Positions 48,045-61,557 of a stretch of 64,000 bases of DNA are shown piece after piece; position 1 is the first letter of the stretch; each line of letters opens with the position of its first letter. Source of the stretch: Hydrurus foetidus (taxonomy: Eukaryota); the NCBI GenBank assembly GCA_900617105.1, contig UYFQ01000723.1, positions 62,001 through 126,000 on the forward strand. The letters are read 5' to 3'. The notes beneath the pieces are model-generated. The model did not search any database. It was not told the DNA's origin and saw only the letters and a program-made list of their open reading frames with translations. A program made the translations under genes and the position numbers.

Positions 48045-50054
48045 ATGCAATTTCAACTTCATTCACCATATCAACCATCGGGCGACCAACCATCAGCTAT
48101 TAAACAATTAGTGCAAGGTATTAACGATGGAGAAAAGTTTCAAACGCTGCTAGGTGTAACAGGCAGTGGTAAACTTTACAATGGCAAATGTTATCCAGCA
48201 AATTCAACGCCCAACCTTGTTCTTACTCACAATAAAACATTGGTTGCACAGTTATATGGAGAGTTTAAACAATTCTTTCCAGAAAATGCTGTTGGCTATT
48301 TTGTAAGTTACTACGATTACTATCAGCCAAGCTTATATGCCAGTGAGCGATACTTACATAGAAAAGATTTGAATGTCAACGAAGAGCTAGATAAGCTTCG
48401 TTTACAAGCTACTGCAGAATTGTTAAGTGGTCGAAGAGATATTATTGTAGTGGCGTCTGTTAGTTGCATTTATGGAATGGGTAATCCAACAGAATTTGAG
48501 AATGGAATTATCCGCATAGAACGTGGGCAAATAATGCCACGCCAAGCATTCTTGCACGCTTTAGTAAATTCATTATACAATAGAAGTCAAGGCGATTGGA
48601 CTAGAGGAACTTTTAGGGTTAAAGGAGATACTGTTGATATTAATTTGCCTTATGTTGATTTTGCTTATCGCATTACTTTTTGGTGATGAAATTGAAGAAA
48701 TCGAAACCCTTGAAAAGAGACCAGCAAACGTATTGGCATACTTGATAATGCAGTCATTTTTCCTGCCAATTTATACGTTGCACCTAAGGATATGTTGCAA
48801 GAAGTGATCCACGATATACAAGACGAAATGCGTTTGCAATATGAGTATTTTAATAGCGTAGGAAAACGTGTAGAAGCCCAGCGTGTAAAGGAACGTGTAG
48901 AATATGATTTGGAAATGATTCGTGAATTAGGATACTGTTCTGGTATTGAAAATTACTCTCGTTTTTGATAGAAGAAAGCCAGGAACAAGACCATTTTGCT
49001 TATTAGATTATTTTGCAAAGATTTTGTTTTAATGGTAGATGAAAGTCATCAAACAGTATCACAAATTGGTGGAATGTATGGTGGTGACAGAAGCAGAAAA
49101 ATGGTATTGGTAGACTATGGTTTTCGTTTACCATCAGCATTAGATAATAGACCTTTAAACTTTCACGAATTTGAAAACATCATTGGTCAAACTATTTTCG
49201 TTAGTGCCACACCTGGTAATTATGAATTAGAAAGAACAGGTGGTGTAGTTGTAGAACAAGTTGTTCGTCCAACAGGATTATTGGAGCCGCCAATTGAAGT
49301 TCGTCCATCAGTTAATCAGATTGATGATTTATTAGAAGAGATTGATAAAAGAGTAACAAAAGGAGACAGGGTTTTGGTAACAACACTTACCAAACGTATG
49401 GCAGAAGAAATGGATAAATACCTGCAACGCATCAACATAAAGTCTAAATACATTCATAGTGATATTGATGCATTAGAAAGAGTTGAAATCCTTCGTGAGC
49501 TTAGGCTTGGAACAATTGATGTTTTAGTTGGCGTTAATTTATTAAGAGAAGGATTAGATTTGCCAGTTTCATTAGTAGCCATTTTAGATGCAGATAAAGA
49601 GGGTTTTGCGTAATGAAAGAAGCCTTACCCAAACAGCAGGAAGAGCAGCCAGAAACTCAGATGGATTAGTGATATTTTATGCAGATAAAATGACACAGAG
49701 TATGCAACGAACCATTGATGAACTCAACAGAAGACGTGAAAAACAAGTAGCGTATAATCTTGCAAATAATATCACACCAACTACTGTCAAAAATCTATTG
49801 ATCAAATAATGAAGCAAGGCAGTGTGCTTGATATTAAAGGTTTGATGCTAATAAACCTTATGCCATTATTGATGAAACAACATCTCTTGCTGCTGATGAA
49901 CAAGAAATTTATAAAACTATCCCACAAATAGAAAAAGCCATTGCCAAAACAAAAGACAATGGAAAAAGCGGCAAAAGATTTAGACTTTATTGAAGCTGCC
50001 AAACTGCGTGATGAAATGTTTAGATTACAAAAAGAGTTACAAGAAATGAAGTAA
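48045..50054 (+). CDS. uvrB: Excinuclease ABC subunit B
   Basis: [83 protein letters not shown]. Confidence 0.98.
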
Positions 50055-50200
50055 TCAATGACACTATATTATTCCTTCGATTCTATTTCCTCTACAATAA
50101 ATTGATATAAAACAAATTACATATTTAAAAATATTTTATAATTGTGTTTTGATATACTGAAATGAAATACTTTCACGACTTAAGCATTTATTTCCCGAAT

Positions 50201-52844
50201 ATGAAGCGGTATATTTTTTATTTTGATACTTTTTGGGTATCAAATCATACGCTCATCACATTAGTGGTGGGGAAATTTATTACACATACTTAGGCAAATC
50301 AACTACAGACACAAGTAAATTATTATATAAAATAACACTGGTTTTATATAAAGACACAGCAGTTAATGGGTCTTCAACTAGCGTTGCATCGCTCAAAGGA
50401 GATTATAATATTTCTATTTACAGAGGAGACAATAAACAAATTTTGTTTAATACAGTGGTTATTAAAAACTACGACTATATGCTAATGAAAACATATAGTC
50501 CTTGCATAAAAACAAACCAGCTGTTGCCTTTTCAGTTATGACACTTGATACTATTATCGAAGTTCCAAACCTAGATGATGGTATTTATATTAGCAATTCA
50601 CAGTGTTGTAGAGTGGATGAAATTATTAATGTTCAATCAAATGAAATTGGAGCAACATTTTGGGTTAAAATTCCAGGTATAAATGAAAACAAGTTTGCCC
50701 TTTAAATTCAAGTGCCATTTTAATAGAAAAGATACTATTTTAATTTGCAAAACTTTCCACTTAACCTTGATTTTAGTGCCACAGATAGTGATGGTGATTC
50801 ATTGGCTTATTATTTTGCCAACGGTTACAGTAGTATAGCTGCAGTATCGGGCAACACACTGCACGATGCAGATGCTACCCTTTACAACAGTTACTTACAT
50901 AGCACCTTATACTTTTCTCAACCACTTGGTGTTGGTGTAACCATTAATCCTACTACTGGTTTTGTTAGTGGAAATGCAGGCAGTGCTGGTGTGTATTTAA
51001 TAGCTGTTTGGGTAGATGAGTATAGAAACGGATTTAAAATTGCCCAACACAAAAAAGAATTTCAAATTAGAATTGATGATTGTGAATATACTGCCGCTAA
51101 CTTAAAACCAAGTTATATCACCTGCGACCCCAGAGACAGTTTAAGATTTATATTTAAAATGAATTTATTACAGATACAGCTACAACTCAATTTCATTGGG
51201 ACTTTGGTGAGTTAAATCTTACCACAGATACATCATCAAAACCATCTCCTACATATACCTACAGCGATACTGGTGTGTTTATGATGAAATTAACTGTACT
51301 TAATAATTTGGGCTGTACCAGCAGTGATTCAGCAATTGTGAAAATATTTCCTGGTTATATAGCAAACTTCAAGTCTGTTGGTTATTGCTTTCAAAATCCG
51401 TTTATTTTCACCAACACAACATATGCTAAATATGGTTTTACTGATAGTGTTCATTGGGATTTTGGCGAATCATCATTAACCACAGACACTTCTACATTAG
51501 CAATATTAAGCTATCAATACTTAACTCAGGAAATAGAATGGTGCATTTATATGCCCATAGCAATAAAGGATGTATAGATACTGTTAGTCATTTAATAACA
51601 GTTCTAGATAGACCAACCATTAACCTGCCTTTTAAGGATACACTAATTTGCAGTATAGATACACTTCAATTAAAATCATCCTCTAATGGTGTGTCTTATT
51701 TGTGAGTCCTAATAAATGGATCCTCAACAACCAAGTTCCAAATCCCTTGTATTCCCCAAAAAAGTACTACCTACACTTTAACAGTTACTGACCATAGTTG
51801 TGTATCGAACGATTCAATCCGTGTTAATGTTTTAGATTTTATTACAGTAGATGCTGGACCTAATGTAAATATTTGTCTAGGAGATTCTTTTAAAATGCAA
51901 ACTACAAGTTATGCACTGAGTTATATTTGGACACCAGCATTAACCTAGATGATTCAACAAAAACATCCAATTGCCTTCCCTACAAAACGAGCAACAACTT
52001 ACTATGTAAAAGCCAATTTAGGAAAATGCCAAGATAGAGATTCCGTTACAATATTTACCTCACCCCATCCTAAAATCACTTTATCTCCTGATACTTCCAT
52101 TTGTTTGGGAGATACTGTTAGATTATTTGGAAGTAATTATAATGGTGATGTTTTAGTTGGTCTCCAACCACTTTTTATCAGATTCTAACTCTTTATCACC
52201 ACTAATAAAACCAACAATTTCTACTACTTATATTTTAACATCAATTTATTTAACAGGATGCATAAAACCCAAAAAAGATACTATTAAAATAAATGTTGTG
52301 CAGCCTTTTACTGTTTTTGCAGGAAGAGATACAAGTGTTGTTTTTGTGCAACCATTACAGCTATCTGCCTTGGTAAACGATGCATCAGACAAACAGTTTG
52401 TCTGGACAAGATTTCAATAAAATTTCCAAATTATTTAAATGACACGTCTAGTCAATATCCAATAGCAACATTGCCACAAAGGTTGATAGTATCTATTACA
52501 TAGTAAAGGCATTTACAAAGAAAATTGTGTTGCTTATGATACAGTTAGAATATTGGTTTATAAAGTACCACCAGAAATATTTGTTCCAACTGCTTTTACT
52601 CCAAATGAAGATGGGAAAATGATATTATTAAACCAATTCCTGTTGGAATTAAATATCTCAACTATTTTAATGTTTATAATCGTTGGGGTAAATTACTATT
52701 TACAACAAATGAAATGGGACGTGGTTGGGATGGAAAAGTAAATGGCGTTTATCAAAACTCAGCTGCATTTATTTTTACGGTTCAAGGAGTTGATTATTTA
52801 GGTAATTCAATATATAAAAAGGAACTTTTGTATTGATTCGCTAA
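50201..52844 (+). CDS. PKD-domain protein with gliding-motility (type B) CTD
   Basis: AHHISGGEIYY, QCCR, ATDSDGDSL.Y, WDFGE repeats, IFVPTAFTPNEDG.ND, VYNRWG, GWDG, GTFVLIR. Confidence 0.88.
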
Positions 52845-52894
52845 AACCAAAATATCCAAATTACCTAGTAAAAATCAGAACAACAATTAAAAAA

Positions 52895-52966
52895 TATATA
52901 ACTAAAAAATAGTTATATAACTAAATAATTAGTTTATATATTTGCATAACTAACATTTTAGTTATG
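52895..52966. promoter_or_regulatory. Three palindromic operators plus -7 element upstream of BlaI-family repressor
   Basis: TATATAACTA-aaaaa-TAGTTATATA, ATAACTAA-ataa-TTAGTT and CATAACTAA-catt-TTAGTTATG (covers the ATG); TATATTTG at 52937. Confidence 0.78.
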
Positions 52967-53327
52967 ATAAATAAAACACTTACCAAAGCAGAAGAACAAA
53001 TAATGCAATCTCTTTGGAAATTAGAGACTGCTTACTTAAAGATATTATTGAAGCCATACCAGAGCCCAAACCTCACAATAATACAGTTGCCACACTTTTA
53101 AAAATCTTGATAGAAAAAGGTTTGTTGTTGCCAATGAAGTTCATGGCAGAAATCATTATTACTATCAATAGTTTCAAACAAGATTACACTAGTGGCAGTA
53201 TAAACAACATAGTAGAAAATTATTTTGATGGCTCATTTGCAGATGTTGTTTCATTTATGGTAGATAAAAAGAAACTAAAATTAAAAGATATAGAGCTTTT
53301 ATTAAATCAACTTAAAACAAAAAATAA
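52964..53327 (+). CDS. BlaI/MecI/CopY family repressor
   Basis: LTKAEEQIMQSLW, KPHNNTVATLLKILIEKG, YFDGSFADVVSF. Confidence 0.93.
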
Positions 53328-53328
53328 T

Positions 53329-55321
53329 ATGCTACCACTAACTTATTTTTCAAAGTAATTCTTTGTAGTACTGCTTTCTTAGGTTATTATTTAATAGCAT
53401 TAAGAAACAAAAATTTCATCAATACAATAGATTTTATTTACTTTTTCTGTTGCAGCATCTTGGTTAATTCCCTTAATAAAATTTCAAATTGCTACTACAG
53501 AAAAAGTGCAGCAACCAATTACCAAGCATTTAATTATATAGCTGAAAGCAATGCTTCATTTGAATTTGAGCCAAATATAAAGGAGAAGCATCTTTTGATT
53601 GGATGCAGTTAATTCCAATTACTTATGCAACAATTGCTGTAATAATATTTATTGCAACTATCGTTTCTCTTTCAAAATATTATTTATTTATAAAAATATC
53701 CAAAGCAAAAAGCAAACAATATCACTTTCATTAACACACAAGAAAGCAGTACACCATTCTCTTTTTCAACAATGTTTTCTGGAACACAAACATTGATGTA
53801 AATACAAATACAGGCAAACAAATTCTTCAGCACGAATTAACACACGTAAATGAAAAGCATAGTTGGGATAAAATTTTTATGCAACTCAATATTGTGTTTG
53901 GATGGTTTAATCCTTGTTTTGGTTAATAAAATCTGAACTTGAAATGATACACGAATTTATTGCAGATAATAAAGCTATTTCAAATGCAGATGCTGCTGAT
54001 TTTGCCTCAATGCTTTTACTAGCGACGTTTCCGACTCAACAATATAAACTCACCAATCCATTATTCTTTTCACCAATAAAACGCAGATTAATTATGTTAA
54101 CACAAAACAAAACCCAAGATTGTCTTATTTAAGAAGACTTATTATTTTGCCATTACTGGCAATTGTTGTTCTACTTTTGCTTTCAGAAAAAAAGAAATAA
54201 CCGTTCAACAAAGCAGAAAAAAAAAGTACAAAGTTGTTATTGATGCTGGACACGGAGGAACAGATTTAGGTGCTACAGCTCAAGATGGAACTTCGGAAAA
54301 AGAAATTGCTTTAGCAATTGCAAAAGCAATAAAACAAAATAATATCAATGAAAAGATTGAACTTGTTTTACAAGAGAAGATGATATTTTCAACACGTAAA
54401 AGAAAGCGGATTTCACTAACAATCAAAAAGCTGATTTATTTGTTAGTATTCATTGCAACGATGGTCCAGTAGATGAAAAAGAAAATAAGCATAGTGGCAC
54501 AGAAATTTATGTGGTAAGTACTGAAAAAATAATGGTTTTATGGATGCCAGTAAAAACTAGCACAAAGTGTGAATGCTCAATTAAAACAGCATTTTGCAAA
54601 TAATGGTATTAAGCAAAGAATAGTAGGTATTTGGGTTTTACAAGCAACAAATTGCCCTGCAATATTGATAGAAACTGGAATGCTAAAAACAAAAAAGATT
54701 TAGCAATACTAAAAATTCTGAACAACAAAACAAAATGGCTCAAGACATTTTAAAAGGAATTGAAAATTATTTGACTTCGAAAGAAAATAATAATGAATTG
54801 TCAAAACCAGAAATTGTTAATACAGATTCAACAAAAGCTACTGCTGCTGAAATAGATGAATACAATAAAATTTGTGAAGGTATCAAGCTAAAAGGGTAAA
54901 TTTAAATATAACTTTAGCACGATTACTGAGGCAGAAAATAATAGAATGATAGAAATATTTTTCAAAATGAGTAAAGCCCAGCAAGAACTACGGGAAGTTT
55001 ATCTTAGAAAAGCACCACCCCACTTCTAAATCAATTCCATCATCAAAGCAGTTAAATGATTGGGCAACTGATAAAAATATGGAATTTGGATTGATGATGG
55101 AAGACAAATAGTAAATAGCCAACTGCTGAAATATTCAGCTACTGACTTTTCTAACTTTAGCATTAGTCGTTTACAAAAATGCTATTAACTATGGCAAACA
55201 TTATTATCAATTGAATTTAATGACTAATAGTTATTATGCTAATTATTTGAAGGAATCACAGAAGGAAAAGTATTGGATAGGTTGGCGAATGAACGCTAAG
55301 ATATCTGCTAAAGTAAATTAA
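53329..55321 (+). CDS. BlaR1/M56 metallopeptidase fused to N-acetylmuramoyl-L-alanine amidase
   Basis: YNRFYLL, QHELTHV (HExxH), WFNP, HEFIAD, IKRRLIML; then VVIDAGHGG, SEKE, VSIHCN, IWVLQATNCPAILIETG. Confidence 0.85.
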
Positions 55322-55335
55322 GCTTTATTTTCAGG

Positions 55336-56696
55336 CTAGACATCCAACGGAATCTTTACTATAATTTCACAGCCATTTCCTGTTGAAGTGTTTAATATCA
55401 ATTCTCCGTGTAAAATCTCTACCCTTCTTTTAATATTTACCATACCACTTCCTTTTACAACTTTATTCAATTCAAATCCAACACCATTATCTTTAGTATA
55501 AAAAATAATATGCCTATTAACAACTGACAAATCTATTTCGATGATTGTTGCATATGCATATTTATAAATATTTCTTAGCTCTTCCTGTAAAATTCTAAAT
55601 AGGTTTAACTGTATATCGGAATTTATAATTATAGTATTAATTGAATCATCAATATTTAAATCTAATTGATAATTAAGAGAGCTATTAAAATCTTTTACCA
55701 ACTTAATAATTGATTGAGAGAAATAAATATCCTCGTGAAATATTGGAGATAATCTATGGGACAAATTTTCTGTTTCCTTCAAAGCCAAACTTATATTACT
55801 TTCACAATAGTTAATCCAAATAGGATTAATATTTTGTACCGATTTTTATCATAGATATACCCATAGATACGCCAGTTAATATCTGACAAACATTATCGTG
55901 TAGTTCGCTTCCAATCTCTAGTCTTTCATTTTCCTGGGTTTTAATAATTGCTTTTGTCAGCCTTTCCTCAAATTCAACCTTTTCTGTAATATCCATTGCA
56001 TAACCAATAACAAATTTTAATTCTTCATTTTCAAAGTATGGATAAAAATTTCTTAAGATATATGTATGAGAATACTCACTATTATTGATTTTAAGTTTAT
56101 CAAGATATTCAACTTTTGTTTTGGTTTTACACAATGATTAAAATGTTTTCGGCGTTCAAAAGCTAAAGATTCATCAATTCCTTTTATCCTGCAATAATCA
56201 AAATCATTTTTTCCAATAAGCCATTGTCTCAGTTCTGGGTTAGCCACCCTTTGGGATTAATAAAAATATAGTTATGATTTTTATCAAATACAGCAATATC
56301 AGCAGGTATATTATTTAAAAATATCTTCACTAAATTTCTTATAACTTTCCAATTTTTTTCTATCTCTTTCTATTCCAAATCTCTGCAACTAAGAATTGAA
56401 CTACTATCAATAAGTCATCAGAGTTAGTGTCTATTTCCTGACCAGAAATTGATAAAAAGATTGTTTCAGTTGTAGAATGGATTGCTTTTAACCTGCACTT
56501 CGTTTTAAGCAGTTCATTAATTTCAATATACTCTTCTTCACTAATAGCAAAAGCTCTTTCTGCAATGTCTCTATCTCTTTCATATGAATTATAAGAGTCA
56601 TTAATTGCTATTAATAATTTTGAACTTCAACATTATTTTGAAGTTCGGTTGACAAGAATTTGCTAATTTGTTTTGAAGCAACTTATGATAGCTCAT
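55336..56696 (-). CDS. PAS-containing sensor histidine kinase (HisKA_3 type)
   Basis: IPADIAVFD..H.YIFINP, QENERLEIGSELHDNVCQIL, LFRILQEEL.NIYKYA, DNGVGF, GSGMVNI. Confidence 0.9.
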
Positions 56697-57820
56697 AAAG
56701 AGTTGTAATTGTCATTGTTTGATTTTGCAATTCGCATTTTGCTTCTCCATTTAATGGAGAAATTTCTCCATAAGAATAAAAAGCCAGCTAATAATGTTTT
56801 GCTACCCATTGCTTCGTAAGCTGATTCAATTTCTTCTTCAATTCTAGACCCCAAAACCAACCTTCGTCCTACACAACTTATTAATAGTGCAAAATCAGGA
56901 TTTACCTGGTGATGATTCGTAGCGAAATCAGATGCAATTTGTGATGCCATAGTTAGTTTATCAAGATTTGCTTTCATTAAGCGAACCTAGAACCTTGTGG
57001 TACATCTCCAGCAAACCGCATTGTTTTTGTTCCTCATCTATTTCTAAAATAGTTCTAACAACTGGATGACCATATTCTGATGTCATAATAGCCAATGGAT
57101 ACATCAATGCAGAAGAAGGAAGGTTTTCAACATCGTCCTAAATATCTTTTATAAAGATCCAAAGCATTTTATTATCAATTTCATATAAAACATTATCAAC
57201 AGATTTTGTAATAATTCTCTCTGGTCCAAACATATCCCACCCCCAAGTGACCCATAATTAACAATTAAATCACTACCATAAAACCAATGGCAACAACAGT
57301 TCCAGCAGTCGGAGGCCCATTTAAACCAACCACTGTTGATTTGAAATCAAAATTATCTCCAGCCAATCCACCTGTTACTAATACTTTGTTATCAGTAGCA
57401 TCAACCAGTCCTTTAACAAGCTCACTACCATTTACTAAAGTGCCATCAGATAGTACTAATACATATTTTAACCCATCTTTCGGAAAATTCTCTATGAGCG
57501 TTTTACCAGCTTCATAACTATTAATATAAGATTTGATATTTATAGCTGAAGTTTGAATTAATGTGGTTTTAAATTCAATAGCTACAACAGTTAATGAATC
57601 ATCATCTAAAACTGTAGTATGAAATATTTCTCCAGCTGTACTACATAAAACAATTTCTGCAATTGCAAATTTTGTCTTAATACATCATAAATACCAGATT
57701 CTGTTAATTGGTTCTTACTTCCAAAACATAACACCAAATGAACAGCCTTGCAATTGCATATTGAACCACAGAATGCTCTTCCCAACTGGTAGTGGCATAC
57801 TTAAACAAAGAAGTTTTCAT
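56693..57820 (-). CDS. FIST N/C domain signal-transduction protein
   Basis: CSTAGEI, LSDGTLVNGSEL, TGGLAGD, WDMFGPER, ALLISCVGRRLVLG, YGEISP, HNQTMTIT-like end; ATGA overlap with kinase. Confidence 0.93.
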
Positions 57821-58160
57821 TTAAAAGAAAGGTTAGGATTATACTATAACCTGTAAATCTATGTAAAATGAAAAAGAATAAAGTTTATTATTATTTCAAA
57901 CGATTGTGGTATCAATTTTAATAGAGAATATTATAAATCGAAACTAATTTACAAACCAAATTTTAGTTTGATGGCTTTCAACAATTAATAAATCTTTTAT
58001 TGGAAAATCTATAGATTCTTACCAATAAATAATCAACTAATATCACACAAAAATCCTCATTTTGTGATTATCAACTTTATTGTCTTTGTTAGTCAATAAA
58101 TTAAAACTATATAATATCCCCACTAAAGTGTACTAAACACACAATTTAGTCTCATTCCCC

Positions 58161-58168
58161 TATTTTTG
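58161..58168 (+). promoter_or_regulatory. Bacteroidota -7 promoter element
   Basis: TATTTTTG about 30 nt upstream of the hppA ATG. Confidence 0.5.
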
Positions 58169-58196
58169 CCCACCTAAATTTATTTAATACTGTATT

Positions 58197-60406
58197 ATGA
58201 ATTACTTATTCTACACCGTACCTGTAATGGGTCTCATCGGTTTAATTTACACTTTTATCCAGTACAACTGGGTTTCTAAACAAGATGCTGGCGACGAGAA
58301 AATGCAAAATCAGCACCTACATTGCCGAAGGTGCTATGGCATTTTTACAAGCTGAATGGAAAATTCTTGGCTATTTCGTGGGAGTTGTTGCATTGTTATT
58401 AGGGATTAATGGCAAGTGCTAACCCCGATAGTCACTGGAGCATTTCTGTAGCTGTAGTTGGTGCTTTTGCAAGTGCCTTAGCTGGTTACATTGGAATGAG
58501 CATTGCCACTAAAGCAAATGTTAGAACAGCACAAGCTGCTCGTACAAGTTTATCTAAAGCCCTAAATGTATCTTTTAAAGGTGGTGCAGTTATGGGTGTT
58601 GGTGTTGCGGGTTTAGCTGTTTTAGGATTAGGCGGCCTATACATTATTTTGAAGTTCGTTTTGCAAACGATTCCACTCCAAGCTCTCCAGAAATGATTAG
58701 AACCATTGAAGTATTTACTGGTTTTCTTTAGGTGCTGAATCAATTGCATTATTTGCTCGTGTTGGTGGTGGCATTTTACACCAAAGCAGCTGACGTTGGT
58801 GCTGATTTAGTTGGTAAAGTTGAAGCTGGTATTCCAGAAGATGATCCTCGTAATCCTGCAACCATTGCAGATAATGTTGGTGATAACGTTGGTGATGTTG
58901 CTGGTATGGGTGCTGATTTATTTGGTAGTTATGTTGCAACTGTTTTAGCTACAATGGTTTTGGGAAGAGAAACTGTAAGCCACGATAACTTTCAGGATTT
59001 CTTCTATTCTTTACCAATGATTTTAGCTGGTGTAGGTATATTATTATCTATAGTGGAACTTTATTTGTAAAATTAGTGATAAAGCTGGCGTTAGTACTCA
59101 AGCAGTACAAAATGCTTTGAATATGGGTAACTGGGGTTCAATGGTATTAACTGCATTTGCTGCTTTTGGATTAGTTTATTATATCCTTCCAGATGGTGAA
59201 ATGACTTTACGTGGTCATACTTTCACTAGCAATGGAGTATTTGGTGCAATTATGGTTGGCTTAGTAGTTGGTGCTGTAATGAGCATCATTACTGAATATT
59301 ATACAGCAATGGGCAAACGTCCTGTAATGTCAATTATTCGTCAATCTGCAACTGGTCACGCTACAAATATTATTGGTGGATTAGCAGTTGGTATGGAATC
59401 TACGTTCTTACCAATTCTAGTTTTAGCTGGAGGTATCTGGGGTTCTTATGAATGTGCAGGTTTATATGGTGTTGCAATTGCTGCTGCTGGTATGATGGCA
59501 ACAACTGCAATGCAATTAGCTATTGATGCATTTGGACCAATTGCAGACAATGCAGGTGGTATTGCTGAAATGAGTGAATTGCCTAAAGAAGTACGTGAAA
59601 AACAGATATTTTAGATGCTGTAGGTAACACTACTGCTGCAAGTGGTAAAGGTTTTGCTATTGCTTCTGCTGCTTTAACGGCTTTAGCATTATTTGCAGCT
59701 TTCGTAGGTGTTGCTGGAATTACTGGTATTGATATTTACAAAGCAAATGTGTTAGCTTGTTTATTTGTTGGGGCTATGATTCCTTTTATTTTCTCATCAT
59801 TATGTATTCGTGCTGTTGGCGAAGCAGCAATGTCAATGGTAGAAGAAGTTCGTCGTCAGTTTAGAACAATTCCTGGTATTATGGAAGGAACTGGTAAACC
59901 AGAATATGATAAATGCGTTGCTATCTCAACAGAGGCTTCTCTTAAAAATGATGTTACCTGGTGCTATCGCTATTGTATTCCACTAATCATTGGTTTTATG
60001 CCAGGTTTAGGTGCTGAAGCTTTAGGTGGATTTTTAGCAGGTGCTACTGTAAGTGGCGTTTTAATGGGAATCTTCCAAAATAATGCTGGTGGTGCTTGGG
60101 ATAATGCAAAAAAATCATTTGAAAAAGGAGTTGAAATTAATGGTGAGATGTATTACAAAAAATCAGAACCACATAAAGCTTCTGTAACTGGTGATACAGT
60201 TGGAGATCCATTTCAAAGATACATCTGGCCCATCAATGAATATCTTAATTAAATTGATGAGTATTGTTAGTTTGGTAATTGCTCAACATTGGCAACTTTA
60301 CACCCTAAAGCTACAATGGGTAACAAAACAGAAAATAAAAAGTAGAAGTTAAAATTGCTGAGGTTACTACAAAGCAAATGCAACAACTGCTGTTTTCAAT
60401 AAATAA
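58197..60406 (+). CDS. hppA: Membrane-bound ion-translocating pyrophosphatase, K+-dependent type
   Basis: [73 protein letters not shown]; 3' end approximate. Confidence 0.97.
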
Positions 60407-60422
60407 TTGTTCATCTAGTAAT

Positions 60423-60451
60423 AAAAAGTGGATGCAATGCATCCACTTTTT
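60423..60451. terminator. Bidirectional terminator
   Basis: AAAAAGTGGATGCA-A-TGCATCCACTTTTT. Confidence 0.85.
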
Positions 60452-60470
60452 TGTGTTCAATATTCTACAA

Positions 60471-61501
60471 TTAGTCTTTGTATGATTTAATAATTGCAAG
60501 TGCTATTGCCTTTGCAAGCAATGGTGGCACTGCATTTCCTAGTTGAACCAATTGTTTATTTTAGGTCCTTCAAAATAAAATCATCAGGGAATGACTGCAA
60601 TCTTGCCATTTCTCTAGCTGTTAAAACCCTTGGTAATTTAGGGTGAATATTTACGCCACCACGGTTCTCTTTATTGTACAGGAAGGCTCGTTCCACGGGC
60701 ATTTTCTCCAAGCATCAGAATATCCTTTATACAAACTTTTACCTTCTTCAAGCAAAAGCATTTTTTCATCATATCAGTTCATGCTTTGTTGGAACGTGAT
60801 TAAAAGTCGCATCTTCTTTACGTTCCATTAAATCTCCAATAGCTTCACCAGTTGTAATATATTGTGATGGTTCAAAAATGGTTTAGGATAATAATTTGTT
60901 TTATTAATTCTATTTCAATAAAATAACCCTATCTCTTTTTGAGGAACAGCATAATCTGCAGCTCTTAAAACTGTAACATTCATTTTATAACCTGCATCAG
61001 CAAAATCTTTCAAAATCATTTCTTCAACTTTTCCATCAAGCATTGAACGAATGCCAACTACATTTCACAAACAACAAACTCTGGTTGCAACTTCTTTACA
61101 ATCTCCAATAGCTCTTTATAAAGTGAATTTCTCGGGTCATCAACAATCCTATTTCCAGCCAAACTAAAGCCTTGGCAAGGGAATCCTCCTGCAACAATAT
61201 TCAATGTTTTTCCTTTGAGTCCTTTTTCGACTGCTTCATAAAATTCATCTTTTTTTCAGGTAGTTTATATCTCCTTCAACAAACGAATGTTTAAAATTTC
61301 TTCTATAAGTTTGCCAGCTGCATCAAACCAATCGAATCCACAAATACCTTTTAAACCTGCAAGTTCAAAACCTTTTGTTATGCCACCTGCACCACTAAAC
61401 AAATCAACAAAGTTAGTTTTGATGTAGTGATTGTATTCAGTTTTATTAATGTCAATCCAATCAACTTTATCTATTTTATTTCTTTGCAAGTTGTTTTTCA
61501 T
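60471..61501 (-). CDS. Orphan C5 cytosine DNA methyltransferase
   Basis: DLFSGAGG (motif I), GGFPCQGFS (IV), ENV (VI), QKRDR (VIII), LTAREMARLQSFPD (IX), QLGNAVPP (X). Confidence 0.95.
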
Positions 61502-61557
61502 CTCTAGAAATCTCAGGCTTTATTATTTCAAATAAAAATACGGTATAAGTTTAAAAC

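Noticed and set aside
58486..58939. Antisense ORFs in the track (here and opposite lon, eno and the PKD genes)
   Set aside because: Shadow frames of well-supported genes on the other strand, with no recognisable motifs
60471..61501. Complete type II restriction-modification system
   Set aside because: No room or ORF for an endonuclease between hppA and eno
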